Below, piece after piece: positions 1 to 8,955 of a DNA stretch of 64,000 bases. This DNA is from Acidimicrobiales bacterium (GTDB taxonomy: Bacteria > Actinomycetota > Acidimicrobiia > Acidimicrobiales > JBBSGY01), in NCBI GenBank assembly GCA_044220495.1, contig JBGAQY010000001.1:126515-190514 (forward strand), read 5' to 3'. A program made the translations under genes and the position numbers. A model generated the notes under the pieces. It saw only the letters and a list, made by a program, of their open reading frames with translations. It was not told where the DNA came from and made no database searches. Numbering within the stretch: the stretch's first letter is position 1; every line of letters starts with the position of its first letter.

Positions 1-1
1 C

Positions 2-250
2 GATCACATGACCGTCACCGCGTGGAAGCAAAACGAGACAATGGGCGTCGATCACCACGGCATTGTCACCGGCACTGGTGCGTTCTCTCTGTTTCCTACC
101 GACACCGGCACGCGCTTCGTATGGGAGGAACAACTTACGTTTCCGTGGTTCATGGGTGGCGGCCTAGGTGAGCTCTTCGCTCGGCCGATCTTTCGGCACA
201 TCTGGCGCGGCAATTTGCGCGGGCTCAAGCAACAGATCGAGAACCGGTAA
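2..250 (+). CDS. SRPBCC/START-like (polyketide cyclase) family protein, C-terminal part, 5'-truncated by window edge
   Basis: Frame is open from base 2. GTRFVWEEQL...IWRGNLRGLKQQIE is a typical SRPBCC terminal strand plus helix. Confidence 0.7.
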   Translation, partial: DHMTVTAWKQNETMGVDHHGIVTGTGAFSLFPTDTGTRFVWEEQLTFPWFMGGGLGELFARPIFRHIWRGNLRGLKQQIENR

Positions 251-261
251 CGCGGGCTTGA

Positions 262-2607
262 TTACGGCGCGATGTGCAGCGCTTCGGCAAGGGGCTTCAG
301 CACTTCTTTGCCGTCGTTGCGCAAAGCAAAATAGACCGCTTCTTGCGAAGGCCCAATGTCGACTGGCACACCAAGTTCGTTCTTGAGTGCCAACACGTCG
401 AGAGCGACGCGAATGAGCTTTGCGGTCGGACGTTGTGCCGCGCGCGCAACAACATCGGTCACCAACTTCTGCATGACCATTGTTGTTGCGGGCGTGTCGA
501 CCTCGAAACCAGCGGCACGCGCTTGGCGCGCAATGGCAACGGCCTTTTCGTAAGCAGCTGGGTTGGTCGACGCGTCAGCCGCGAACACTGCGTCGTGAAA
601 ACGACGAGCGAGAGCCAACTCGGCCGGAGCGCGCAGCACCGGCGTCAACGGATAGCCGTGATGCGCCAGATCTTCGAGCGTCGCTCGGTGACTGTCGTAA
701 AGGCGCTCATAAGTGCCGGCATAGTGCTCTAACAGCGACTCAGCCGTACCACGCATCAAGCGCTCTGACTCTTCGGGCAGCGCTGCCGACAAGTCGAATT
801 CGTGTGTACCTACCGTGCTCAACGCTCGCAGCAGCTTGGTAACAGGAACACCGTCAGCAAAGGCCTTGCGCAGTCCAATTAACGGTGAACTGTCGGTGTC
901 GCTGTCGACGGCAATAAACGATCCGGATACTTCGAGCCCGCCAAGACCGATTGCTGCGTATGCGTAACGAGAGACGCGTCCGGTGCGCTTGTGTGTAAGC
1001 ACAGCCACCCCGGTCGCCAAGATTGTCGAACCACGCTCTTCGCGCACATGCTCACCAACAACGATGTCGTAAGTGCCGAGCTCTGATCGAATTGTGTTCT
1101 CCAACACTTCGCTCAGCGCAACATGTTCTGCGACTTGGTGTGAACTCACGCGCGCGGTGTCGACATGTCGCTTCCAGATGTCAGCACCGCTGCCTTCTTC
1201 GAGAACGTTGCTACGCGCTTCACCCAAAACAGCCAAGAACGCGCCAAGCGGTGAGGTCTCGCCAAGCTCTTCGATTATGTCAATGACGCGTGCTGCATAG
1301 CGAAGCACTTGCACTGTTTCGATGCCAGCAAGGTCGTTGAAAAACCATCCACACGACGTAAACATCGACATTGCGTAACGCTGCATCTCGAGCAGACTGA
1401 ATGCTTCGACCGCATCGCCCTTCACGAACTTGTTGGCAAACTCGTCGCGCTCGACAGCGCCGATCAGAACGTCGACGTACGCATCGAACGCTTCCGTTGG
1501 ATCGGTCAGAACACTTGGCGCACGGCGGTCGTAAACAGCTGTGACGACCGCACGTAGTTGGTCGAGAGCCGAACGCAAAGGCCCACGCCAGCGCTGATTC
1601 CACCCTGCTTGTGCACCGGTGGAGCATCCACAATCTTCAGACCAACGACCAACGCCGTGCACACACGACCACGCGCTTCGATGCACCCGAACCTCTTGCG
1701 TCGGACGCAAGCGCGACACCGCTTCATTGAGGTTTGTGTGATGCAGATTTCGCTTGGGAGCTTCGACCGCCATTGCGTAGGCAATCAATCGGTCGCCGTA
1801 GCGATGGTGGTGACCAAACGTTTCGCCGTCGGTGGCAACTGTCACGAGCCCGGGTCGACCCGAGCCGGCAGCCACCATGCGATCGACCAACGCCTGACTG
1901 TTGAGCGACGACATCTCGAAGGCAAGCGCTTGCGATAGTGGTCCGTTGTAGAAGACGATGTCGACGCCGCGTCCGTCGTTTTCAGGATGCAACCAACGAT
2001 AAGGCCGGCTCGTGTCGAGCCAACTCTGTTGCACGTCGACCCAATCGTGAATGCCTTCAAGCGAACGAACCTGCGCAGCCTGGCTCGGCGCGAGGATGGT
2101 AAAACCAACACCTTCTTCAGCCAAGATGCGCAGCACGCGATCGTCAACCGCGCATTCAGGCAACCACATGCCACTCGCCTCGCGCCCGAAGCGATAGCGA
2201 AAATCAGCAAGCCCCCAGCGAACCTGCGTGCGAATGTCTGCCTCAGTCGCAAGCGGCAAGATGATGTGACCGAAGGCTTGCGCGATTGCGCCACCACCTT
2301 GTCGATCGCCAGCGATCATGCGCGCGTAAGTGTCAGGTTGTTCGCGCTCAAGCCACGACAACAGAGTCGGGCCAACGTTGTAAGACATGTGTTCGTAGTT
2401 GTCGATGATGCTGAGAACTCGTCCGGCCTCGTCGACGATGCGCGCCACCGAGTTGGGTCGATAGCATTCGGCCGCGATCCGCTCATTCCAATCGTGGAAC
2501 GGCGCTGCTGAGTCTTCACGCAGCACCTCCTCCGTCCACGGGTTTTCGCGGGGCGGTTGGTAGAAGTGTCCGTGAATAACCAGCTCGGGGCCGCGCTCGT
2601 CGCTCAT
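262..2607 (-). CDS. GH57-family / DUF3536 domain-containing glycoside hydrolase
   Basis: HGHFYQPPRENPW, GMWLPEC, VATDGETFGHH, AWSCVHGVGRW and MFTSCGWFF motifs. Lies next to the glycogen genes. Confidence 0.9.
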   Translation of the reverse strand: MSDERGPELVIHGHFYQPPRENPWTEEVLREDSAAPFHDWNERIAAECYRPNSVARIVDEAGRVLSIIDNYEHMSYNVGPTLLSWLEREQPDTYARMIAGDRQGGGAIAQAFGHIILPLATEADIRTQVRWGLADFRYRFGREASGMWLPECAVDDRVLRILAEEGVGFTILAPSQAAQVRSLEGIHDWVDVQQSWLDTSRPYRWLHPENDGRGVDIVFYNGPLSQALAFEMSSLNSQALVDRMVAAGSGRPGLVTVATDGETFGHHHRYGDRLIAYAMAVEAPKRNLHHTNLNEAVSRLRPTQEVRVHRSAWSCVHGVGRWSEDCGCSTGAQAGWNQRWRGPLRSALDQLRAVVTAVYDRRAPSVLTDPTEAFDAYVDVLIGAVERDEFANKFVKGDAVEAFSLLEMQRYAMSMFTSCGWFFNDLAGIETVQVLRYAARVIDIIEELGETSPLGAFLAVLGEARSNVLEEGSGADIWKRHVDTARVSSHQVAEHVALSEVLENTIRSELGTYDIVVGEHVREERGSTILATGVAVLTHKRTGRVSRYAYAAIGLGGLEVSGSFIAVDSDTDSSPLIGLRKAFADGVPVTKLLRALSTVGTHEFDLSAALPEESERLMRGTAESLLEHYAGTYERLYDSHRATLEDLAHHGYPLTPVLRAPAELALARRFHDAVFAADASTNPAAYEKAVAIARQARAAGFEVDTPATTMVMQKLVTDVVARAAQRPTAKLIRVALDVLALKNELGVPVDIGPSQEAVYFALRNDGKEVLKPLAEALHIAP

Positions 2608-2819
2608 GGCCGCATCAGTCGGGCTGGCAGTGAACTAACGGGCTGGCAGACGCCTCTGAGCAAAATGGTCATCACCTATGAAGATCGGCTGAAATCGACG
2701 ATTCCTGTAGCCAGGAAGTTGCCAGATCCCGCCGGCTAGCAGGGCTTTTCTAGCCCATCGGCGCAGCTTATGGGGGATACACCGCTTGGCGAGAGCCAAC
2801 CCCTACTGTCGCTGCCGAG

Positions 2820-3179
2820 ATGTACGAGAGATTGCTGCGAGCGCTCGCCAAACCGTGGAAGTTCACGCTTTTGCCCGCCCTTGGGGTCTTCTTGTTGGCT
2901 GCCCTGCTCGGCCGACGGGGCCGTCGCCTGTTCACGAGCCGCCTGTTCACGAGCCGCAAGGCCAGCCCACTCGCCACCATCACGCCCATCGTGCCCTCGG
3001 CTGATGACTCTGCGCCGGAAGCGCCTTCGACTCCAGCGCCTGAGCTTCGGGCAATCGGCACCGCCGCTCTCGTCAAACCCGAGCGCCACAAGCCCATCGT
3101 GTTGAACATCGAACTGATGGAAGGTGCCGGCATCCGCACACGGCCCACCCCAAAGTTCGGCCCACACCACCACCACTAA
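2820..3179 (+). CDS. Hypothetical small membrane-anchored protein
   Basis: N-terminal hydrophobic helix followed by RRGRR and a Pro/Ala-rich tail. Fills the intergenic gap and is followed by a hairpin. Contains an in-frame 15-bp tandem duplication (RLFTS x2, 2925-2954). Confidence 0.5.
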   Translation: MYERLLRALAKPWKFTLLPALGVFLLAALLGRRGRRLFTSRLFTSRKASPLATITPIVPSADDSAPEAPSTPAPELRAIGTAALVKPERHKPIVLNIELMEGAGIRTRPTPKFGPHHHH

Positions 3180-3196
3180 CCACTCTCACGCATTTG

Positions 3197-3237
3197 TTGG
3201 CACCCTCGGTCGCGCCGTACGCGACTGAGGGTGCCAA
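3197..3237. terminator. Strong hairpin between convergent genes, probable bidirectional terminator
   Basis: ttggcaccctcggtcgcg-ccgta-cgcgactgagggtgccaa, an 18-bp stem with one G-U pair. Confidence 0.7.
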
Positions 3238-3258
3238 GTAGCACTGCCGGCGGAGAGA

Positions 3259-6200
3259 TTACGAGACGATGTCTCCGTTCACGGGCGGTGTGCCGCCGTA
3301 GTACTGCGCTGAGCCAAACGAGAACACGCCGCCGTCGCGAGCGAACATCCAGTAGCCGGTGCCGTCGTCAGTTGCATGGATTGCCGTGACAGGTTGATTC
3401 AACGCTTTGCTGCCCATTGATCCGTAGAACGGCGCTGAACCAAACGCGAAGATTCCACCGTCAGAGGCGACAAGCCAGTAACCAGCACTGCCGTTACGCG
3501 CCATACCGACAATTGGTTTGTTGAGTGTGAGCGCGCCTGTCGATCCATAGAACGCAGCGTCGCCGAAAGCAAAGATGCCGCCGTCGGTTGCGACCATCCA
3601 ATAGCCCCGGCCGGTCGGTGTTGCAGCAATTTGCACGATTGGTTTGTTGAGTTTGATTGCGCCGGTTGATCCGTAGAACTTCGCGTCGCCGTAGCTGAAC
3701 ACACCGCCGTCGCTTGCGACAGTCCAGTAGCCCTTTCCAGTCGGAGTGACCGCGATCGAAACCATCGGTTGATTGAGGCGTTGCCCACCCATTGATCCGT
3801 AGAACTCTGCGTCACCAAAGCTAAAGATGCCGCCATCTCGCGCAACCAGCTGATACCCCTCGCCCGAAGGAGTCGGGGCCATGCCAACAATCGGCGAGGT
3901 CGGGTTGAATGGTTTGGCTGATCCGAAATCTTGAGCAGCGCCGTATGAGAACACTGATCCGTCGGAGCCCGCCATCCAATAGCCGGTTCCTTCCGAAACA
4001 GGGTCTGTCGGTGCAGGCGGAGGCGGCGGTGGAGCCGTAGTGGTCGTCGTTGTTGTTCCACCACTCGCGCCACCAGGACGCGTTGTGGTTGTCGTAGAAG
4101 AAGTCGTCGACGCTGTCTTCACACCAAAGTCGACGCCGGTCTTCACAAGACCAGACGTCACGATGATCGGCACCGGATTAACGGTTGTTTGCATCTGCCC
4201 TGTCGGAACAGTCATCAACACCGTGTATGACCCGGGGCCAAGATTCACAAATGTGTACGCGCCCGTCGAGCTTGTTGTAGCGGAAGTTTCGCCCGTGTCT
4301 TTCTTGCCGTTGTTGTTGGCATCGATGTACACAACCTTGCTAGCGCTACCCGTCTCCCCCGTGTCTTTGGCGGCGTTGCCATCGACGTCGTTGAAGACCG
4401 TGCCCGAAATACTTCCGGCCGAGAACAAGCCAAACACAGTGCCGGTCGAATTGAAGCCTGACGTTATGTCGATCGGGTTTGGTAATCCCGAACTCAACAC
4501 CTTGCCGGTGGGCACAACAACGCGCGGCCGGTAAGTGCCAAGACTCAGGCCAGTAAAGGTGAATACACCAGACGCGTTGGTGGTAGCCGTTGGCTCACCC
4601 GAGTTGTATCCACCGCTTGAGTTGTTGTCGAGATACACGGTCAAAGACATCGAACCCGGCTCGCCCGCGTCGGCAATACCGTTGCCGTTCAGATCGTCGA
4701 ATACAGCACCGGTGATGGTGCCTAGAACAAAGAAGCCGATGTCGCGTCCGTTGGCTGCACTTGCTGATGCCGTTGTGATCGTCGCAATCACAGCCGAGGT
4801 CTGCGTCGTGCCAGCGGGCACTGTTGCTCTCACTTTGTAGGAGCCAGACGGCAGGTCAGAAAAGGTGTAGTTACCAGCACCATCGCTCAACACCGTTGCC
4901 TCGCCATTGTCGGCAACGTTGTTTCCGTTGTTGTCTAAGAACACCGTGATGCCGGCAATGCCGTTCTCACCCGAGTTACGAGTCTTGTCTGCGTTTGTGT
5001 CGCTGTATATCGCGCCAGAAATCGAGGCAAGAATGAAAACGCCGAAGTCGGAACTCAAGGCAATCGTTCCCGACGAGATCGAGATCGAGCCAAACGATGG
5101 TGACGTCTGCATCGACCCGCCCACGGGTGCCAAAAGCACAGTGTAAGAACCGGGCACGAGATCGGTGAACGTATATGCGCCAGCAGCATCGCTAACTGTC
5201 GTCGGCTCACCTGCGTTTAAGACACCGTTTGCGTCAGCGTCGATGAACACAGTTCGGCCCGCAAGACCTGACTCGCCTGAGCCCTTCTGTCCGTTGCCGT
5301 TGGTGTCGTTGTAAACGGCGCCGCTGATCTTGCCGAGCGTGAACACGCCAAAGTCTTTGTTGGCAACCATCATTGCTGACGTCGCAACTACCGACGATGG
5401 ATTGGCCGACGTCTGGATGGTACCGGCGAGGCCAACAAGGCGAATCACATAGGTACCCGGCCCAAGGCCGCTGAATGTGTAGAGACCGCTTGAGTTCGTT
5501 GTGGCCTTCACTTCACTCAACTCAGCAATGCCGTTGTTGTTCGCGTCGATGTAAACGGTGCGTTGGTTCACGCCCGTTTCGCCCGCCTCTTTTGCGCCGC
5601 TGCCGTTGTTGTCGTTATAAACCGTTCCTGAAATCGAGCCCAAAGTGAAAAGCCCAAAGTTGTTTCCAGTTGCCGTAGTGCCTGACGTAAGAACAACAGG
5701 GTTTGGGTCGGTAGACGACTGGACAGAACCACCGGGTGCCGTGAACTTCGGACGATACGTGCCCGGGCCAAGTCCGGTGAACACGTAGTTGCCCGAGACG
5801 TCAGTAGTCGTACTTGGCTCGCCCGTCGTCAACGATCCGTTGTTGTTGGTGTCGAGGAACACCGTCTTGCTCGAAATACCGCCTTCACCGCTCGCGCGCA
5901 CACCGTTGCCGTCGAAGTCTGAGTAAACAGTTCCCGTAATCGACGCGAGCGTGAAAGAACCAAAGTCGATGCCTGCTGTTGTCGATCCCGATGTCGGCGT
6001 AATGCTCGCGGGATTGGTCGTTGTCTGTGAGACCGTGATCGGACTCACCAAACGAACCCGGTAACTGCCGAGCGAAAGCCCGCTGAATGAGTAGCCGCCG
6101 TTCGCGTCAGTCGTGACACTTGGCTCGCCGGTGTTCAGCGCTCCGTTCGAGTTGGTGTCGATGTACACCGTGCGGCCAAAGATGCCGTTATCACCTATGT

Positions 6201-8820
6201 CTTTGGCGCCGTTACCGAGCACATCGTCGAAAACAACTCCACTGATGGTCGCTTCTCCGAAGAGGCCGAAATTGACGGTTGACAGTGTCGAACCCGAAGT
6301 GGGAGTAGTTGCCACAGGCGCCGCCGTTGTCTGCACCTTGCCACTTGGGATGACGATCTTCACCCGATAAGTACCCGGATTGACGCCGGTGAACGAGTAA
6401 TTACCCGTGGAACTCGTAGTTGCTTCGAGTTCGCCGAGGTCTTGAGTGCTGTTGTTGTTGGCATCTAGATAGAGGTCGACGCCGCCGATACCAATCTCGC
6501 TCGTGTCTTTGCTGGCATTGCCATTGGTGTCGTCGTAAACGACACCACCGATGGTCGCTGGTGTGAAGAATCCGAAATCTTTACTGGCCGACACCGTTCC
6601 CGAAGTGACCGTCACAGCGGCCGGGTCTGCCGATGTCTTGTAGATAGACCCAGGCACGACAACACGCGAGCGATACGTTCCTGCCACGAGTCCCGTAAAC
6701 GTGTAAGCGCCCGTTCCACCAGTTGTTGCGGTTACTTCACCGGTGTCGAGCACGCCATCGTTGTCGGCATCCAAGAAGACCGTGCGACCCGACTGGCCAG
6801 TCTCGCCGGTGTCTTTGGTGCCGTTGCCGTTGTTGTCTGTGTAGACAGTTCCAGACAGAGTTCCGTATGTAAACAAGCCGATCTCGTTGCCCGATGACAC
6901 CAAGCCCGACGTTGCTGTAATCACGCCAAGATTTGCGGTCGTTTGCAGTGATGTCGTCGGCACGACAATGCGCACGCGGTAGTTGCCCGGGGCCAGGTTG
7001 TTGAAGCTGAAGCCGCCCGTACCCAGGGTTGTCGAGTTGGGCTCGCCGGCGTCGAGGGCGCCGTTGTTGTTGGTGTCGAGAAACACCGTGCGATTTACGA
7101 TGCCTGCATCACCGGTGTCTTTTACGCCGTTGGCATTGACGTCGTTGTAGACGGTTCCCGATATTTGCGCTTGGGTGAACAGGCCGAAGTCAGCGCCACT
7201 AACCGATGCGTTAGAGGTGATGTTGATAACGGACGGATTCAAAGTTGTTTGCGTTGTACCCGTTGCTACGACAACGCGTACGCGATAGCTACCCGCGGCC
7301 ATGTTGGTGAATGAGTATGCGCCTTGACTGTCTGTAACCATCGAGGGTTCACCAGCATTGAGCGCGCCGTTGCTGTTGGTGTCCAAGAAGACGGTCTTGC
7401 CGCTAAAGCCCGACTCTCCCGAATCACGAATACCGTTGCCATTGGTGTCGTTGAAGACAGTTCCCGAAATCGATCCTTTGACGAACAAACCGAAGTCGAC
7501 ACCCGTAACGGCTGGGCCAACAGACACTGATGTCGGGGCGGGGTTGGTCGTTGTCTGTGTCGAATCAGTCGGCACAATGAGTCGTACTTTGTATGAACCC
7601 GCCGGAAGATCCGTGAACACATAAGTGCCGTTGCTATCGGTTAGTGACGTTGGCTCACCCGTTGTCAGTGAACCGTTCTCATTGATGTCGATGAACACCG
7701 TCTTGCCGACTGCGGCAACTTCACCCGAGTCACGCGCTCCGTTTGCATTGGCGTCGTCATAGACAGTTCCAGTGATTGCCCCGAAGGCGACGATGCCGAT
7801 GTTGACGTTGGTGTTCGTTCCGGCTGACATTACGGTCGTGAGGTTTGGGTTGGCCGACGTTGCTACATACCCAGACGGAAGTACTGCTGTTACCGAGAAC
7901 GTTCCACCCTCAAGGGCAGTGAATAAGTACGTTCCCGAACCATCGGTGGTCGTTACCGAATCAGTTCCGTCGGCGACACCATTGTTGTTGCGGTCGAGAA
8001 ACACCGACACGTTCGAATGCCCGGGCTCGCCCAAGTCTTTGACGCCGTTGCCGTTGGTGTCGTCAAACACCGTTCCCGTTATCGATCCATGCTGAAACAG
8101 ACCGAAGTCAACACCAGTTGCCGTTACACCCGAGACAATGTTGACAGGCGCCGGTTCACTACTCGTTTGTAGCGAGCCATCAGGAGAAACCACGCGCACT
8201 GTGTAAGAACCAGCCGCCAGAGAGGAGAACGACCACGCACCCGACGAGTTCGTCGTCGTGTTTACTTCGCCTGAGTCAAATACGTGGTTGTTGTTTGCGT
8301 CGAAGTACACAACGCGCGGACTAAGACCTGGCTCACCTGCGTTACGAATGCCGTTACCGTTCGTGTCGTCATACACGGTTCCAGCAATCGAACCCTGCTT
8401 GAAAGTCGAGATGCGAATGTTTGCGGTCGTGCCGCCGTCAGTCACAACAGCAGTGACAGGGCCGCCGGTGTGCACCCAACCCGACGGGTGCGCAGACAGA
8501 ATTGATTGCGTACCGACCGGCACGCTGGTCAACGTGTACGCGCCCGACCCGTTTGTTGTTGTCGACGGTTCACCAGCGTCGAAGACGCCATCGTCATCAT
8601 TGTCAGCAAACACACTGCGCCCGGCGATGCCTGACTCACCAGCATCGAGAGCGCCATTACCGTTCGTGTCGTCGTAGACACTTCCGCTTACCTGACCAAC
8701 GCCGGTCGCGGCATAGGCAACGTTCGGAAGCGAAGGCGCGGCAAGGCAAGTCACGACTGTGACCAAAACAAAGTGCCTCAGGTAACGCCCGAGCCGGGCG
8801 TGCCGTCGCTGTAACCGCAT
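3259..8820 (-). CDS. Large secreted surface protein: 15 SdrD B-like (CnaB) repeats, Thr/Pro linker, six C-terminal GYWxVAxDGGIFxFGDA repeats
   Basis: 15 copies of GxIxGxVYxDxNGNGxxDxGExG at about 102-aa period. Signal peptide ending AYA. ATG 8820 chosen because GGAGG precedes it. Confidence 0.9.
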   Translation of the reverse strand: MRLQRRHARLGRYLRHFVLVTVVTCLAAPSLPNVAYAATGVGQVSGSVYDDTNGNGALDAGESGIAGRSVFADNDDDGVFDAGEPSTTTNGSGAYTLTSVPVGTQSILSAHPSGWVHTGGPVTAVVTDGGTTANIRISTFKQGSIAGTVYDDTNGNGIRNAGEPGLSPRVVYFDANNNHVFDSGEVNTTTNSSGAWSFSSLAAGSYTVRVVSPDGSLQTSSEPAPVNIVSGVTATGVDFGLFQHGSITGTVFDDTNGNGVKDLGEPGHSNVSVFLDRNNNGVADGTDSVTTTDGSGTYLFTALEGGTFSVTAVLPSGYVATSANPNLTTVMSAGTNTNVNIGIVAFGAITGTVYDDANANGARDSGEVAAVGKTVFIDINENGSLTTGEPTSLTDSNGTYVFTDLPAGSYKVRLIVPTDSTQTTTNPAPTSVSVGPAVTGVDFGLFVKGSISGTVFNDTNGNGIRDSGESGFSGKTVFLDTNSNGALNAGEPSMVTDSQGAYSFTNMAAGSYRVRVVVATGTTQTTLNPSVINITSNASVSGADFGLFTQAQISGTVYNDVNANGVKDTGDAGIVNRTVFLDTNNNGALDAGEPNSTTLGTGGFSFNNLAPGNYRVRIVVPTTSLQTTANLGVITATSGLVSSGNEIGLFTYGTLSGTVYTDNNGNGTKDTGETGQSGRTVFLDADNDGVLDTGEVTATTGGTGAYTFTGLVAGTYRSRVVVPGSIYKTSADPAAVTVTSGTVSASKDFGFFTPATIGGVVYDDTNGNASKDTSEIGIGGVDLYLDANNNSTQDLGELEATTSSTGNYSFTGVNPGTYRVKIVIPSGKVQTTAAPVATTPTSGSTLSTVNFGLFGEATISGVVFDDVLGNGAKDIGDNGIFGRTVYIDTNSNGALNTGEPSVTTDANGGYSFSGLSLGSYRVRLVSPITVSQTTTNPASITPTSGSTTAGIDFGSFTLASITGTVYSDFDGNGVRASGEGGISSKTVFLDTNNNGSLTTGEPSTTTDVSGNYVFTGLGPGTYRPKFTAPGGSVQSSTDPNPVVLTSGTTATGNNFGLFTLGSISGTVYNDNNGSGAKEAGETGVNQRTVYIDANNNGIAELSEVKATTNSSGLYTFSGLGPGTYVIRLVGLAGTIQTSANPSSVVATSAMMVANKDFGVFTLGKISGAVYNDTNGNGQKGSGESGLAGRTVFIDADANGVLNAGEPTTVSDAAGAYTFTDLVPGSYTVLLAPVGGSMQTSPSFGSISISSGTIALSSDFGVFILASISGAIYSDTNADKTRNSGENGIAGITVFLDNNGNNVADNGEATVLSDGAGNYTFSDLPSGSYKVRATVPAGTTQTSAVIATITTASASAANGRDIGFFVLGTITGAVFDDLNGNGIADAGEPGSMSLTVYLDNNSSGGYNSGEPTATTNASGVFTFTGLSLGTYRPRVVVPTGKVLSSGLPNPIDITSGFNSTGTVFGLFSAGSISGTVFNDVDGNAAKDTGETGSASKVVYIDANNNGKKDTGETSATTSSTGAYTFVNLGPGSYTVLMTVPTGQMQTTVNPVPIIVTSGLVKTGVDFGVKTASTTSSTTTTTRPGGASGGTTTTTTTAPPPPPPAPTDPVSEGTGYWMAGSDGSVFSYGAAQDFGSAKPFNPTSPIVGMAPTPSGEGYQLVARDGGIFSFGDAEFYGSMGGQRLNQPMVSIAVTPTGKGYWTVASDGGVFSYGDAKFYGSTGAIKLNKPIVQIAATPTGRGYWMVATDGGIFAFGDAAFYGSTGALTLNKPIVGMARNGSAGYWLVASDGGIFAFGSAPFYGSMGSKALNQPVTAIHATDDGTGYWMFARDGGVFSFGSAQYYGGTPPVNGDIVS

Positions 8821-8955
8821 CCGTCCTCCGTGCTGCGCACAGATAGTCCTTCGGTTTACAGCGGCATTTGAGGGCAAAACCTGAGGCCCAAAGTGCCCCT
8901 AAACAGGGGATTTAGCGATTTTCAATGAAAAATCAGGGCGTTTTGTGCCGTCAGA

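Noticed and set aside
3900-8700. SdrD-B repeats as a diversity-generating or shufflon-type cassette system
   Set aside because: The repeats are diverged in-frame protein domains, and no reverse transcriptase, recombinase or near-identical template/variable pair is present.
8871-8910. GGGCAAAAC...CCCCTAAACAGGGG as a c-di-GMP riboswitch for the adhesin
   Set aside because: Wrong strand relative to the gene, and it lacks the GNRA/receptor and second-stem features.
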